Of a DNA stretch of 64,000 nt, positions 29,604 to 40,423 are shown piece by piece. The stretch's first letter is position 1, and every line of letters begins with the position of its first letter. The stretch lies in NCBI GenBank assembly GCA_965248055.1, contig CBDFIJ010000004.1, positions 2,816,001 to 2,880,000 on the forward strand, read 5' to 3'. Origin of the DNA: Candidatus Multivoradales bacterium. GTDB lineage: Bacteria; Acidobacteriota; Thermoanaerobaculia; Multivoradales; JAHEKO01. The position numbers and the translations under genes were made by a program. The notes beneath the pieces were generated by a model. That model was not told the origin of the DNA and searched no databases. It saw only the letters and a program-made list of their open reading frames with translations.

Positions 29604-30966
29604 ATGGATGGTCCTAGGAATCGCTGGTTGGGTTCTTGTCGGCGGGTTGCAATTGACCGCCAGGATGCAGGCTCAGGAAGGTCCGTGGGATCTGGGCGAT
29701 GTCGTCGGTAGAGCTTGGGAGTCCAATCCGGCCTATCTGGCGGTGCAAGAGCAATTGGTCGAAGTGCAGGCGGGAATCGACCAAGCGTGGTCATCTGCCT
29801 ATCCACAGATCACGCTCAAATCGAACTGGAATCAGTCTCGCAACCCGGCTCTTCTCAACAGTCCTGATTTTGAAAATTTTGTAACCCAGTTCCCCGGTGC
29901 CTTCACGCCGCGGGTTCAGGAGCTGTTCACGATCGGCTTCGATATCGAACAGACGGTCTATTCGTGGGGCAAAGTGGGCGCTGGGATCAAGGCAGCCGAG
30001 CAGGCCCTGGCAGCCACTCACTCTGGGGTAGAGGTGGCCAAACTGGACGTTGCACGGATTGCTGCACACAACTACTTCGAGGTCCTCGCTGCTAGCGCTC
30101 GGCGAGAGACCGTTGCCCAACAGCAAGCGGTACGCGAAGAGGCGCTCGCGGTAGTTGAGGCGCGCTTTGAGGTCGAAGAGGCCACCGAGCTGGAGCGTTT
30201 GCGCGCTCGGGCTTCATTGGCTCAGGTTGCGCCCAACGTTGCCGCAGTAGACGGGCAAGTGCGGGCGGCCCGAGCCAACCTGCGAGCAGTGCTGGGTTGG
30301 ACCTCGGATCTTCCTGAACTAATCCAAACCGAAAGTGAGCTGCCGCAGATTGGCAGCGACGGGATTCTGATTGGTCGGGCGATTACTCATCGACCCGAGA
30401 TCCGACTGATCGACGCTGACCTGGAGTTTGTGAGATTACGTTCGGTGATCAGCCGTGCCGGTCGCAAGCCGCAAATCGACCTGACCGGCAATATTGGCAG
30501 GCAGGTAGCAGACCCCGACAATTTCTCGGACGACCTCTACGACGATTGGCGGGTTGGCATCGGTCTCGATTGGAGCCTGTTCGACGGTGGGATGCGCGAG
30601 AGTGAGGCTGCACGATTTGACAGCCAGCGTCGTCGTCGTCGATTGGATCGTTTGGCAGCGGTGTTGGGTATTCAAGCGGAGGTCGAGAGTTCGGCGGCAG
30701 TCTATCGGGCCAGCTTGGCGGGACTGGAAGCTGCTCAGGTGGCGGCGCAGGCTGCGGGAGAGGCAGCACGGGTAGGCCAGGAGGCGTACGCAGAGGGCGT
30801 GGCGTTGCAGGCCGATTTGCTGGACGCGCAACAGGTGCAAGCCGTCGCAGACTTAGTCGAAGTCGAGGCTCGGTTTACCGCCTGGAAGGCTTGGGCTGAT
30901 GTTTGTAGGGCGGTGGGAACCGACGCTACCGACAGGGACTGGGTCTCCGATTGGGTGTCTGAATGA
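29593..30966 (+). CDS. TolC-family outer membrane efflux protein
   Basis: Signal peptide, duplicated OEP pattern, LFDGG motif, operon context. Confidence 0.9.
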   Translation: MRHRWMVLGIAGWVLVGGLQLTARMQAQEGPWDLGDVVGRAWESNPAYLAVQEQLVEVQAGIDQAWSSAYPQITLKSNWNQSRNPALLNSPDFENFVTQFPGAFTPRVQELFTIGFDIEQTVYSWGKVGAGIKAAEQALAATHSGVEVAKLDVARIAAHNYFEVLAASARRETVAQQQAVREEALAVVEARFEVEEATELERLRARASLAQVAPNVAAVDGQVRAARANLRAVLGWTSDLPELIQTESELPQIGSDGILIGRAITHRPEIRLIDADLEFVRLRSVISRAGRKPQIDLTGNIGRQVADPDNFSDDLYDDWRVGIGLDWSLFDGGMRESEAARFDSQRRRRRLDRLAAVLGIQAEVESSAAVYRASLAGLEAAQVAAQAAGEAARVGQEAYAEGVALQADLLDAQQVQAVADLVEVEARFTAWKAWADVCRAVGTDATDRDWVSDWVSE

Positions 30967-31010
30967 GTGAGCAGGGGTTGAAGTTAGACCGGAAGAGAAG
31001 GAGCCGTAGT

Positions 31011-32045
31011 ATGAAGCGCCACACTTGGCTGGGTGTCATGACGATATTGCTCGTTGCCTGCGGGGGCCGAGAAGAGAGCGCCCCTGCCGAGGAAACGGTG
31101 ACCGAAGTTGGGGTGATCGAGATTGCACCCCAGGAAATTGTTGATTGGGCGGTTCTTCCGGCAGATCTGATCGCCGATCGCAAAGCGACGCTGGCGGCCG
31201 AAGTGCCGGGTCGGGTCGAGCAGATGCGGGTTGAGGTGGGAGACCAACTGACCCGCGGAATGACCATCGCCTCGGTGGATCGTCGGGTCTTTGCGCAACA
31301 AGTCGCTGAGGCCGAGGCTTACCAAAGGCAGGCTGCCGAGGATGCTCAACGAGCGGAGAAATTATTTGAGAAACGTTCGATTACCCGGCAGCGTTTGACG
31401 GCAGCGCAGACCGGTCTCAACGTTGCCGATGCGCGCTTGGCGTCCGCTCGCTTGACTTTGGACAAATCGACCCTTCGCGCCCCCTGGAGCGGCCGGGTTT
31501 CCGGGCGCTGGGCGGAAGCGGGGGACTACCTGCAGCCCGGCCAACCGGTGGTCGAGTTGGTGTCGGATAGGAAACTCAAAGTGCGGGCACCGGTGGCGGC
31601 ACCTGACGCACCATTGATCAAGCTTGGAATGCCGGTGGAGGTAACCGTCGAAGGGTTTGGTACAGAAATTTTCCGCGGCGAGATCGTCCGGGTTGGTGCA
31701 ACCCTAGACATCGCTTCTCGGACTCTGCAGTTGGAGGCCGAAATCGACAATAGCGAAGGTCGACTCAAGGCTGGCATGTACGGTCAATTGCGATTTCCGC
31801 GTCGAAAATTCGAACAAGCGGTGGCGGTTCCCCTTGGTTCTTTGATCGACACCGAGACCGGCAAACTGCTCTATCTGGTGGATTCCGATGGGGTGGTCCG
31901 ACGGGTCGATCCGGAGCTGGGTTCGATCATCGGTGACCAAGTGATTCTGCTCAACGGCGTGGTGGCTGGCGATCGGGTGGTGGTGGAAGGCCAATATCGT
32001 ATTAGTGATGGGATGAACGTAGAACTGCGAGTGATCGAGCGTTAG
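31011..32045 (+). CDS. RND efflux periplasmic adaptor (lipoprotein)
   Basis: Lipobox LVAC, AEVPGRV, LRAPWSG, LKAGM; AAGGAG RBS before ATG 31011. Confidence 0.9.
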   Translation: MKRHTWLGVMTILLVACGGREESAPAEETVTEVGVIEIAPQEIVDWAVLPADLIADRKATLAAEVPGRVEQMRVEVGDQLTRGMTIASVDRRVFAQQVAEAEAYQRQAAEDAQRAEKLFEKRSITRQRLTAAQTGLNVADARLASARLTLDKSTLRAPWSGRVSGRWAEAGDYLQPGQPVVELVSDRKLKVRAPVAAPDAPLIKLGMPVEVTVEGFGTEIFRGEIVRVGATLDIASRTLQLEAEIDNSEGRLKAGMYGQLRFPRRKFEQAVAVPLGSLIDTETGKLLYLVDSDGVVRRVDPELGSIIGDQVILLNGVVAGDRVVVEGQYRISDGMNVELRVIER

Positions 32046-32052
32046 GCATTCG

Positions 32053-35000
32053 ATGCGTATCACTGATATTTGCTTACGCCATCGCCCGGCGGTTTTCTTT
32101 ATCGCCGCAGCACTGCTGTTTGCTGGGCTCATTTCCTACATCTCGCTGCCCCGCGAATCGAGCCCGGAAGTTCAGATTCCGGTGATCAATGTGATCACCA
32201 CCTATGCCGGAGCGGCGCCTACCGATGTCGAGAATCTAATCACCAATCCCTTGGAGCGCGAGCTTCAGGGAGTGGACGATTTGGACGAGATTCGGTCGAT
32301 TTCGCGCGAGAGCGTATCGGTGGTGACGCTGGAGTTTGTTTCCGGCACCGACATCGATACCGCGATGCAAAAAGTACGAGAGCGAGTCGATCAGGCCAAG
32401 GTCGACTTCCCCAATGACGCCGAGGATCCGGTCCTAGGCGAGATCAATTTCGCCGAATTTCCGATTCTGCAGATCAATCTGGCCGGCCCGGTGGGGCCAG
32501 TGGTGTTGAAAGAGCTGGCGGAAGACCTCCAAGACGAACTGGAAGGGCTGCCAGGGATTCTTGCCGTTGACTTGATCGGTGGTTTGGATCGCGAAGTGCT
32601 GGTGGAGGTCGACCCGCGAGCCCTGCGCTCCTACGGGCTGGCTTTGAACGACGTGGTCGAAGCGGTGCGTGATGAGAACGTTTCGATTCCTGGCGGCGAA
32701 TTGGATTTGGGCGACACCTCGTTTGCTGTGCGGGTCCCGGGTGAGGTCGAGGATCCAGAATCGGTGCGTGACTTCGTGGTTTCAGCGCGCGGCGGGACGC
32801 CGGTGTTTATCCGCGACTTGGCGACCGTGCGCTACGGCTTTGCCGACCGCATTTCCTACGCCAGGATCGACGGCGAAGAGTCAGTGGCTCTGACCATCCA
32901 GAAACGACAAGGAGCCAACATCGTTGACGTTGTCGATGCCGCCAAGGTTCTGGTCGAGCAGGGCAAGGAGTCGTGGCCGGCGGGGTTAGGCGTCAGCTAC
33001 TTGGGTGATCAATCGCGCGACATTCGGCAGATGGTTTCGGATCTTGAGAACAACATCCTTTCTGGGTTGGTGCTGGTGGTTTTGGTGTTGATGGCGTTCC
33101 TCGGTTTCCGTACCGCACTGCTGGTGGGTCTGGCGATCCCGTTTTCCATGTTGCTGACCTTTTTGGTCATCGACCTCTCGGGGTTGACCCTCAACATGGT
33201 GGTCTTGTTCTCGCTGGTGTTGGCGGTCGGCATGTTGGTGGACAACGCGGTGGTGGTGATTGAGAACATCTATCGCCATCGCGAAGAAGGTTCTCCCCGG
33301 GTTCGGGCAGCATCCGAGGCGACCCGTGAAGTGGGCATCGCGATTCTGGTGTCCACTCTGACCACGGTGGCGGCGTTCGGCCCGCTGATTCGCTGGCCGG
33401 GAGTGATGGGCGACTTCATGGTGTATCTGCCGATCACCCTGATCGTTACCTTGTTGGCGTCTCTGTTGGTCGCCTACACCCTCAATCCGACTCTGGCGGC
33501 CAACTTTCTGCGTTCGCGGGAAGAACGCAAAGCGTCGTTGCGCCGCAGTTCACTGCGATCGACGCTCGATCGTTGGGAGCACAACCTCAACGATCTCTAT
33601 CGACGTGTGTTGGAGTGGGCCTTGGACCACCGGGCGCGCACTTTGATGTTGGCGCTGGGCACCTTCGTATTGGTGGCGGCAGCGTTCAGCGTGTTTGGAA
33701 CCGGAGTGGAGTTTGTACCCGAGACCGACCCGCGGCAGATCTTTGTCAACTTGGAGATGCCGGCAGGAACTCGCATCGAGAAAACCGATCAGGTGGTTCG
33801 TCGATTGGAGCAAGAACTGAGCGACACCCCTGACGTTGCGGTACTGGCGGCCAACGTCGGGGCCGGCAGCGAGAGCAACCAATTTGGCTTGGCTTCCGGA
33901 GGTGACGCCAACCGCGGCAGGGTGGTCTTGGACATGCTCGAACGCAAACAGCGAGAGCAAAATTCCTTCCTGACTGTCGATCAAGTGCGCCAGCAGTTGA
34001 AGAACTTCCCCCAGGGCACGGTGACTGTGGACTACTTCACCGACGGTCCGCCGCTCGGCGAAGCAGTGGCGATCGAGGTCACCGGCGATGACTTCAATAC
34101 CTTGGGAGCGATCGCCGCGCAGATTCGAGAAGCGATCACCGGAATTGACGAACTGGTCGGGCTGGAAGACGACTTCGACGCTGCTAGGCCAGAAATTGTG
34201 GTGACAGTCAATCGCACCGAAGCGCACCGCTTGGGGCTAACCACAGTGCAGATTGCCGGAATGCTGCGCACCGCCTTGTCTGGAACCGAAGCGTCCACCT
34301 ATCGCAAGGAAGAAGACGAAGCGGAGATCCGCGTACGCTTGGCGCCGCAGTTTCGCAGTTCGATCGATGACCTAAAAAGTCTCACCGTGGTCACCGATCC
34401 AGCCGGTGCCTTGGTGCCGATTTCGTCCGTGGCTCGCTTGGAGCGCGGAACCTCTTTGACTGCAGTACGCCACAAAGGGCGTAAACCGATGGTCACCGTG
34501 ACCGCCGAGGTCACCGAACCGAAGTTCGCCGACCCGGTACGCCAAGAAGCGATACGCCGGGTCGAGGCCTTGGATTTTCCGCCGGGTTACGAATGGGCGT
34601 TGGGCGGGCAAAGCGAGACTCAAGCTGAGTCCAGTAGCTTTCTGATGTCTGCTTTCGGAGCGGCTCTGATCCTGGTGCTGGCTTTGATGGTGGCGAAGTT
34701 TGATTCGCTGGCGCTGCCATTCATCGTTATGACCTCGGTGGGGATGTCGATGGTCGGCGTCATGGTCGGCTTGATGGTGACGCGCCTTCCTTTTGGCGTC
34801 ATCATGACTGGGTTGGGTGTGATCTCGTTGGCCGGAATCGTGGTCAACAATGCCATCGTTTTGCTCGACTACGCGGAGCAGCTGCGAGCTCAGGGATTGC
34901 CCCGGCGAGAAGTGGTGGTCAACACCGGCTTGCGTCGATTGCGCCCAGTCCTGCTCACCGCCATCACCACCATTCTGGGGCTGATTCCTCTGTCCACCGG

Positions 35001-35265
35001 CTATGAGTTTGATTTCAAACACTTCGTGTTCTCCAGCGGTGGCGAGAGCAGCCAATGGTGGCAAGGCATGGGCGTTGCGGTCATCTTTGGCCTGGCGATG
35101 GCGACTTTCTTGACTCTGATTCTGGTTCCGGTGCTCTACGACCTGTGGTTTCAGTGGCGCCAGCGGCGTCAAGGTGCTTCGGATGGGTCTGAGGATCAAC
35201 CTGTGGTTGAGGTCGACAACCGAGGAGATTTTGATCCAGACCAAGCCGAGCCGGAACTGATCTAG
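32053..35265 (+). CDS. AcrB/AcrD/AcrF-family RND permease
   Basis: 1070 aa; GMLVDNAVVVIEN, GIVVNNAIVL, RLRPVLLT. Confidence 0.95.
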   Translation: MRITDICLRHRPAVFFIAAALLFAGLISYISLPRESSPEVQIPVINVITTYAGAAPTDVENLITNPLERELQGVDDLDEIRSISRESVSVVTLEFVSGTDIDTAMQKVRERVDQAKVDFPNDAEDPVLGEINFAEFPILQINLAGPVGPVVLKELAEDLQDELEGLPGILAVDLIGGLDREVLVEVDPRALRSYGLALNDVVEAVRDENVSIPGGELDLGDTSFAVRVPGEVEDPESVRDFVVSARGGTPVFIRDLATVRYGFADRISYARIDGEESVALTIQKRQGANIVDVVDAAKVLVEQGKESWPAGLGVSYLGDQSRDIRQMVSDLENNILSGLVLVVLVLMAFLGFRTALLVGLAIPFSMLLTFLVIDLSGLTLNMVVLFSLVLAVGMLVDNAVVVIENIYRHREEGSPRVRAASEATREVGIAILVSTLTTVAAFGPLIRWPGVMGDFMVYLPITLIVTLLASLLVAYTLNPTLAANFLRSREERKASLRRSSLRSTLDRWEHNLNDLYRRVLEWALDHRARTLMLALGTFVLVAAAFSVFGTGVEFVPETDPRQIFVNLEMPAGTRIEKTDQVVRRLEQELSDTPDVAVLAANVGAGSESNQFGLASGGDANRGRVVLDMLERKQREQNSFLTVDQVRQQLKNFPQGTVTVDYFTDGPPLGEAVAIEVTGDDFNTLGAIAAQIREAITGIDELVGLEDDFDAARPEIVVTVNRTEAHRLGLTTVQIAGMLRTALSGTEASTYRKEEDEAEIRVRLAPQFRSSIDDLKSLTVVTDPAGALVPISSVARLERGTSLTAVRHKGRKPMVTVTAEVTEPKFADPVRQEAIRRVEALDFPPGYEWALGGQSETQAESSSFLMSAFGAALILVLALMVAKFDSLALPFIVMTSVGMSMVGVMVGLMVTRLPFGVIMTGLGVISLAGIVVNNAIVLLDYAEQLRAQGLPRREVVVNTGLRRLRPVLLTAITTILGLIPLSTGYEFDFKHFVFSSGGESSQWWQGMGVAVIFGLAMATFLTLILVPVLYDLWFQWRQRRQGASDGSEDQPVVEVDNRGDFDPDQAEPELI

Positions 35266-35266
35266 G

Positions 35267-35293
35267 AGATAGGCCCCCGCCCGCCGGGATGAC
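35267..35293 (-). repeat. Solo degenerate copy of the GTCATCCCGGC palindromic unit
   Basis: CCCGCCGGGATGAC is the reverse complement of the array head GTCATCCCGGCGGG; it lies directly after the RND stop. Confidence 0.6.
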
Positions 35294-35648
35294 GGGAAGG
35301 CAGATGTGTTTGGAACTACAGACTGACGGTGCCTTCTTTATGGTGAGGGGTTTACCCCCTCCCGCTTCTGCTGCCCACCGTCGCTCTCGGGCTGCGTCCC
35401 GGCTCCTCTCCTTCCTTGTGACGGGACGACGAATGGGGTGACGCTGAAAGCTGATCGACCCTCTTCGTAGGGAGCAGGTGAAGCTGCCGCTCCGGCGCGC
35501 CAGGTATCCCCACACGCCCTTCTCGTATTTCGAAAATCTGGCGTTTGATTTGCACTAGCTTTTCGCGAGCAGCTACCGCCGAGCACAGTCCCATGGTTTC
35601 CAAGAAAACAATCACCAACCGTAAGGCGAAAAGGGCACGACTCGTTCC

Positions 35649-38066
35649 ATGAGGGCGGCCGGCTTCATTGGGAAAGGACTGTTGTCTGCCTTGGGTCGTC
35701 GTTGGGTGCTCTTGTCGGCTTGTACACTGGCCCTGTCCTTAGCTCTGTTTGGAATCTGGTTAACGCTGCCATTCTGGCGCCTGAGCCGACAGTTCGCCTC
35801 GTTTACCGCCGCTCGACCCAGTCACATTTACGCCCAACCTCTGACCCTGGAAGCGGGCCAGTCAGTCGGATCTGTGGATCGGCTGGCTAGCAAGTTACTC
35901 GCGTCGGGGTTTGTTGAAGTGGAGGATCGCCCAGCTGTGGGGACTTTCCGCAGACACGGGCAGCAGTTGGATCTAGTGACGCCCGAGGTTTTGACCGAGC
36001 TTGGCTGGCAACCCCCGAAGGCGCTGGCGATATCGATCTCGGGTTCCAAGATCAGCCAGCTGCGCACCAGCAGCAAGTCCGCTCAATCGGTTGCCGTCGC
36101 CTCACCGGTGGTGGCGGTATTCGTCGGTGACGATGGGGCGGAGCGGTTGCCAGTGCGGATTGGAGATCTCCCGGATCACGTCACGCGAGCGGTATTGGCC
36201 GCCGAAGACACCCGGTTCTATGAGCACTCGGGAATCTCTCCCAAGGGTATCGCGCGGGCGGCCGTGTCCAATGTACGCGGGGGTGGTCCGCTGCAGGGAG
36301 GATCGACGCTCACCCAGCAACTGGTAAAAAACCTCTACCTCACTCACGAGCGCACTTGGACTCGAAAACTGCGCGAAGCGGTGCTCGCCCTAATCATTGA
36401 CGCGCGCTACAGCAAGAATCAGATCCTAGAGGCCTATCTTAATGAGATTTATTGGGGCCGGAGTGGAGACGTCAACATTGCTGGTATCGGCGCTGCGGCT
36501 TCGGCCTACTTCAACAAATCAGCCCAAGAGCTCTCGGTTTCGGAGGCGGCTCTGTTGGCCGGGATGATTTCGGCGCCAGCCAATTATCTGCCCACGGTGC
36601 ATCCCGATCGGGCGGTGGATCGACGCAATTGGGTTCTGCGCCGGATGGAGGAGTTGCAGTGGCTGTCTCCCGAATTGGCCACCCGAGCTCAGGCTGAGTC
36701 ACTGCATGTTCGGACCACGCCGTTGATCGGCAGGCGGGCGGCCTTTTTTGTCGATCGCGTGGTGCGGGAGGCGAGTGACCGGTTTGCGCTGGTTGACTTA
36801 AAGACTGCGGGCTTTGACATCCTGTCGACCCTAGATCTTGGCGCTCAGCAAGCCGCGGAATCTGCGGTCGCCAAGCTCCAGAAACCCTCTGAAGAACAGG
36901 CACCTCCCGAGGTGGCGATGGTCTCGGTCGACGCAGAAACCGGAGCGATTCGGGCTTATCTGGGAGGCACCCGCTACGGTCGTAGTCAGTTTGATCGGGT
37001 ACGCCAGATGCGGCGTCAAGCCGGGAGTGCTTTTAAGCCGGTGGTCTACACCGCAGCTCTCGCCGCCGGTCGGATTACCCCTGCCAGTTTGTTGGTGGAC
37101 GAGCCGTTGACCGTTCAAATCGCCAGCCAGACGTGGAGCCCAGAAAATTCCAACGGTGAGTACCGCGGCTGGGTGACCGCGAGGCGGGCGATCGAAGACA
37201 GTTTGAATATTCCGACCGCTCGACTGGGCCTCGACATCGGCCTCAAACAAGTGGTTGAGGTTGCGCGCAAGATGGGAATCGAGGCGCCGTTAAAGCCCTA
37301 TCCATCTCTGTCCCTGGGTGCCTTTGAGGTCTCGCCACAAGAACTGGTCACCGTCTACGCGACCTTGGCCTCAGAAGGTGTGCGGCCGACGGTTCACGCG
37401 GTGGTTTCGGTGCGCGATCGGCGCGGCGAATTGGTCGAGGGAGAGCCCCTGGCATCGCGAGAGCGAGTGATCAGCCCACAAGTGGCATATTTGATGACTT
37501 CACTGCTGCGCGGAGTCATGGATCGCGGTACCGGTCGCTTCGCGCGTTCTTGGGGCCTATCGGACGGTTTGGCGGGCAAGACTGGAACCAGCAATGAGCG
37601 ACGCGACAGTTGGTTTGCCGGTTACTCTCCCGACATCGCCACTGCAGTGTGGGTGGGCTACGACGACAATGCGGCGACAAGCTTGGGCGGCGCTCGCGCG
37701 GCATTGCCGATCTGGACCGAATACATGAAAGCCACCCGTCCGGCCGGCGGCTATCCCGAATTTCGTCGCCCCGAAGGCGTCGAGTCGGCGTGGATTGACC
37801 CACTCACTGGATTCCTGGCGGCACCGGAATGCCCGACAGCAGTCAGCGAAGATTTTCTCAAGTCGGATGTTCCTGGCATCTTTTGCCCGATGCATCGCGG
37901 TCGGTTCCGCTACGTTTTCGGTCAAATCGACCCTCGTCAGTTACCACCAGGGGTTGAAATTGTCGGTCGACAGCGTGGTGAAGAGCCGGAGCAAACCGTG
38001 CGCAAGAAGAAACGCGGTTTCCTACGCCGAGTCTTTGGTCGGCGCAACCGACGCTCCGACGGCTAG
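35649..38066 (+). CDS. mrcB: Class A penicillin-binding protein, PBP1B-like
   Basis: EDTRF, GGSTLTQQLVKN, RKLRE, SAFK, SLN, KTG; UB2H-like segment after the TM. Confidence 0.88.
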   Translation: MRAAGFIGKGLLSALGRRWVLLSACTLALSLALFGIWLTLPFWRLSRQFASFTAARPSHIYAQPLTLEAGQSVGSVDRLASKLLASGFVEVEDRPAVGTFRRHGQQLDLVTPEVLTELGWQPPKALAISISGSKISQLRTSSKSAQSVAVASPVVAVFVGDDGAERLPVRIGDLPDHVTRAVLAAEDTRFYEHSGISPKGIARAAVSNVRGGGPLQGGSTLTQQLVKNLYLTHERTWTRKLREAVLALIIDARYSKNQILEAYLNEIYWGRSGDVNIAGIGAAASAYFNKSAQELSVSEAALLAGMISAPANYLPTVHPDRAVDRRNWVLRRMEELQWLSPELATRAQAESLHVRTTPLIGRRAAFFVDRVVREASDRFALVDLKTAGFDILSTLDLGAQQAAESAVAKLQKPSEEQAPPEVAMVSVDAETGAIRAYLGGTRYGRSQFDRVRQMRRQAGSAFKPVVYTAALAAGRITPASLLVDEPLTVQIASQTWSPENSNGEYRGWVTARRAIEDSLNIPTARLGLDIGLKQVVEVARKMGIEAPLKPYPSLSLGAFEVSPQELVTVYATLASEGVRPTVHAVVSVRDRRGELVEGEPLASRERVISPQVAYLMTSLLRGVMDRGTGRFARSWGLSDGLAGKTGTSNERRDSWFAGYSPDIATAVWVGYDDNAATSLGGARAALPIWTEYMKATRPAGGYPEFRRPEGVESAWIDPLTGFLAAPECPTAVSEDFLKSDVPGIFCPMHRGRFRYVFGQIDPRQLPPGVEIVGRQRGEEPEQTVRKKKRGFLRRVFGRRNRRSDG

Positions 38067-38104
38067 CGTCCAGGTCGAAGCGCCAAGCTTGGGACAAGTC
38101 GTTG

Positions 38105-40423
38105 TCAGAATTGAAAATGAACCCGAGCTGTGATCTCGCGCGGCGGGATCAGTTCGTCACTGGTGGTGTGCAAGCCAAAGGGGTTGGTAAACCGACTGTT
38201 GACCCCATCGCGGTCGAATAGGTTGGACGCCACCAAACTGACACTCCATCGCTGTCCCGCGGGCCCCAAGGACAAAGAAAAACTGACCGTGGTGTAGGCA
38301 GGGACTCGGTCGACCTGTGGGTGGTTGAAGACGCGATATTGGTACTCACCGCGATAGATGGCGTCGAGGCGCGGGGTCCACCAGAACCCCTGAAGGGTTT
38401 GAAAGCTACGGCTCAAAGCGACCCGCCCACTGAGGTCGACCAGTTTGGGCGGTTGATTGCCAGCTAGGTTGGTGCGCAGTCGCTGGCGTTGCGGGATCGC
38501 CGCTACGGTGAAACGCCCGACTCCAGAGTCGAGGAAATCGACCACATCGAGAGTTACAACGTCGCTGTCGATGGATCCATCGAGCAAGGTCGCCTGGCCT
38601 TCGACCTGCAAACCGCTGGCAAACTGCCAGCGAAACTCAGACTCTAGGCCGTGGATCGAGGTCTTGGGGATGTTTCCGGTGCCCGCGGCGAAGGGAACGG
38701 GGTCTTCCTGGATGTATTGGAAGTTGCTGTAATCGCTGTAGAAGGCGGTGGTGTTGAGATGGGCCCTGTGGTTGGCAAAAGCACTGCGGATTCCCACTTC
38801 GGCGGTGATGACCTCTTCCGGAGCGAAAATGATCGGTACATCCAACGCTCCGCCAATCAGGGCACCTGGATTGAGACCGCCATTCTTCCAACCGGTAGAC
38901 AGCGAAGCATAAAGCCGATGGTCAGGACGCAGCGCGAAGTCGGCCCCAAGTTTCCAGGTGATTTGATTGTCCTCGGTCGGTTGTTGCGAGTCGAGAAACC
39001 AGAACTGGGTGGTCTGATCGGTGGCTCGATCAATCTGATAGCGACCACCGAAGGACAGCGTCAACTTGGGCCGTACCGGATAATTCAATTGGCCGTAGGC
39101 GGCGCTATCGGTACGCGTGACTTCCCGGTCCTCGACAAACTCCAGGGGGGGTTGAAAAGGGGGCAGCGTGGTCGGCGAAGGATTGGCGATCTGTTGTTGG
39201 AAGGCGGATACCGGGGCAGGTCCGACCAACTCGACAAAAAAATTGTCATTGCGGTGTTTCAGATAGTAGAGGCCAGCAACCCAACTGGTGCGCTCGGAGT
39301 TGCCCAATAGGCTCACTTCTTGGCTGAATGCTCGCGAATTGTTGTTCCAAATCGGCAACAGATCGAAGTTGGCGGCACCGAAACCGGTTAGGTCGACGGT
39401 GACCAGATCTTCGGTGAGTCGATCTCCGTCTAACGACTGGTCTTTCTTCAGTTGCTGTAGCGCGGAAACCGATTGCACAAGCAGGCGATCACTGACCACA
39501 CCATTGACCAAGACCGAGGCGCGAGAGCTGCTCAGTCCGAAGGTGCTGGAGAAATCTTGAGTCAGTTGACGCGCAGCCGCATTGGGGTCCTGGCGGTTTT
39601 TTTGCGCTGCGCCGTGCTGGTCTGAGTTGTAGAGGGTGCCCGAGAGCCGAGCCGACCAAGAGTCGTTGGGCAACCACTGCACCGCCAGCCGTGCCGACTG
39701 GGCATGCGCATCATCCAATGGATAGCCGTCCAGATCGCCGCCTGTAATCGCCGCGAAGCCGTCGCGATCCAGAGTCTTTCCTGAGGCTCGCATCGCGGCG
39801 TGGTTCCCCAGCGGCAGATTCCAGTACCCGGAACCCTCGAAGCGAGAAAAACTGCCAAGCCCGAGGGTTACGCCACCATCAAGATTGCCGAGAGTGGGCC
39901 TTCTGGTTACCAAATTGACCGCGCCACCGATTGCACTTTGACCGAACTCGGTACCTTGCGGACCGCGGAACACCTCGACTCGCTCCAGATCGTCCAGTTC
40001 CAGACCAAATGCCAACGGATTGGCGATGTAGACCCCATCGACGTAGAGCAGCACACCGGGCTGGGTGCTGAGATTCTGTGCGGTCTCCCAGCCAACGCCA
40101 CGCATCGACACCACGCGGCCAGCGCCATCGTTCTTACTAACAGTCAGTCCGGGCACCAGCCCGTTGAAGTCGTCGAGCTTGCTGAGGTTGAGGCGGCTAA
40201 GGTCTTCTGCAGAGGCCACCGATACCGCGGCGGGAACCAGCTCCAGAGAAGAGGTCTGCTTCTGAGACCTGACCGTGATCTCCTCTTGAGCCCGCGTGGC
40301 TTTTGGCTCAGGCTGTGCTGCCAGGGGCACTGTCAAGAGGCCAATCGCCCAAAGTGCCAGTCGAAGCGATCTCTGACAAAGCGACTGCACACGAAAGGAC
40401 CGGACGTAGAGATGGAGCGGCAT
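38105..40423 (-). CDS. TonB-dependent receptor
   Basis: Signal peptide, plug motifs YVDGVY and ERVEVFRGPQGT..G...GGAVN, NLFD, terminal Phe. Confidence 0.93.
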   Translation of the reverse strand: MPLHLYVRSFRVQSLCQRSLRLALWAIGLLTVPLAAQPEPKATRAQEEITVRSQKQTSSLELVPAAVSVASAEDLSRLNLSKLDDFNGLVPGLTVSKNDGAGRVVSMRGVGWETAQNLSTQPGVLLYVDGVYIANPLAFGLELDDLERVEVFRGPQGTEFGQSAIGGAVNLVTRRPTLGNLDGGVTLGLGSFSRFEGSGYWNLPLGNHAAMRASGKTLDRDGFAAITGGDLDGYPLDDAHAQSARLAVQWLPNDSWSARLSGTLYNSDQHGAAQKNRQDPNAAARQLTQDFSSTFGLSSSRASVLVNGVVSDRLLVQSVSALQQLKKDQSLDGDRLTEDLVTVDLTGFGAANFDLLPIWNNNSRAFSQEVSLLGNSERTSWVAGLYYLKHRNDNFFVELVGPAPVSAFQQQIANPSPTTLPPFQPPLEFVEDREVTRTDSAAYGQLNYPVRPKLTLSFGGRYQIDRATDQTTQFWFLDSQQPTEDNQITWKLGADFALRPDHRLYASLSTGWKNGGLNPGALIGGALDVPIIFAPEEVITAEVGIRSAFANHRAHLNTTAFYSDYSNFQYIQEDPVPFAAGTGNIPKTSIHGLESEFRWQFASGLQVEGQATLLDGSIDSDVVTLDVVDFLDSGVGRFTVAAIPQRQRLRTNLAGNQPPKLVDLSGRVALSRSFQTLQGFWWTPRLDAIYRGEYQYRVFNHPQVDRVPAYTTVSFSLSLGPAGQRWSVSLVASNLFDRDGVNSRFTNPFGLHTTSDELIPPREITARVHFQF

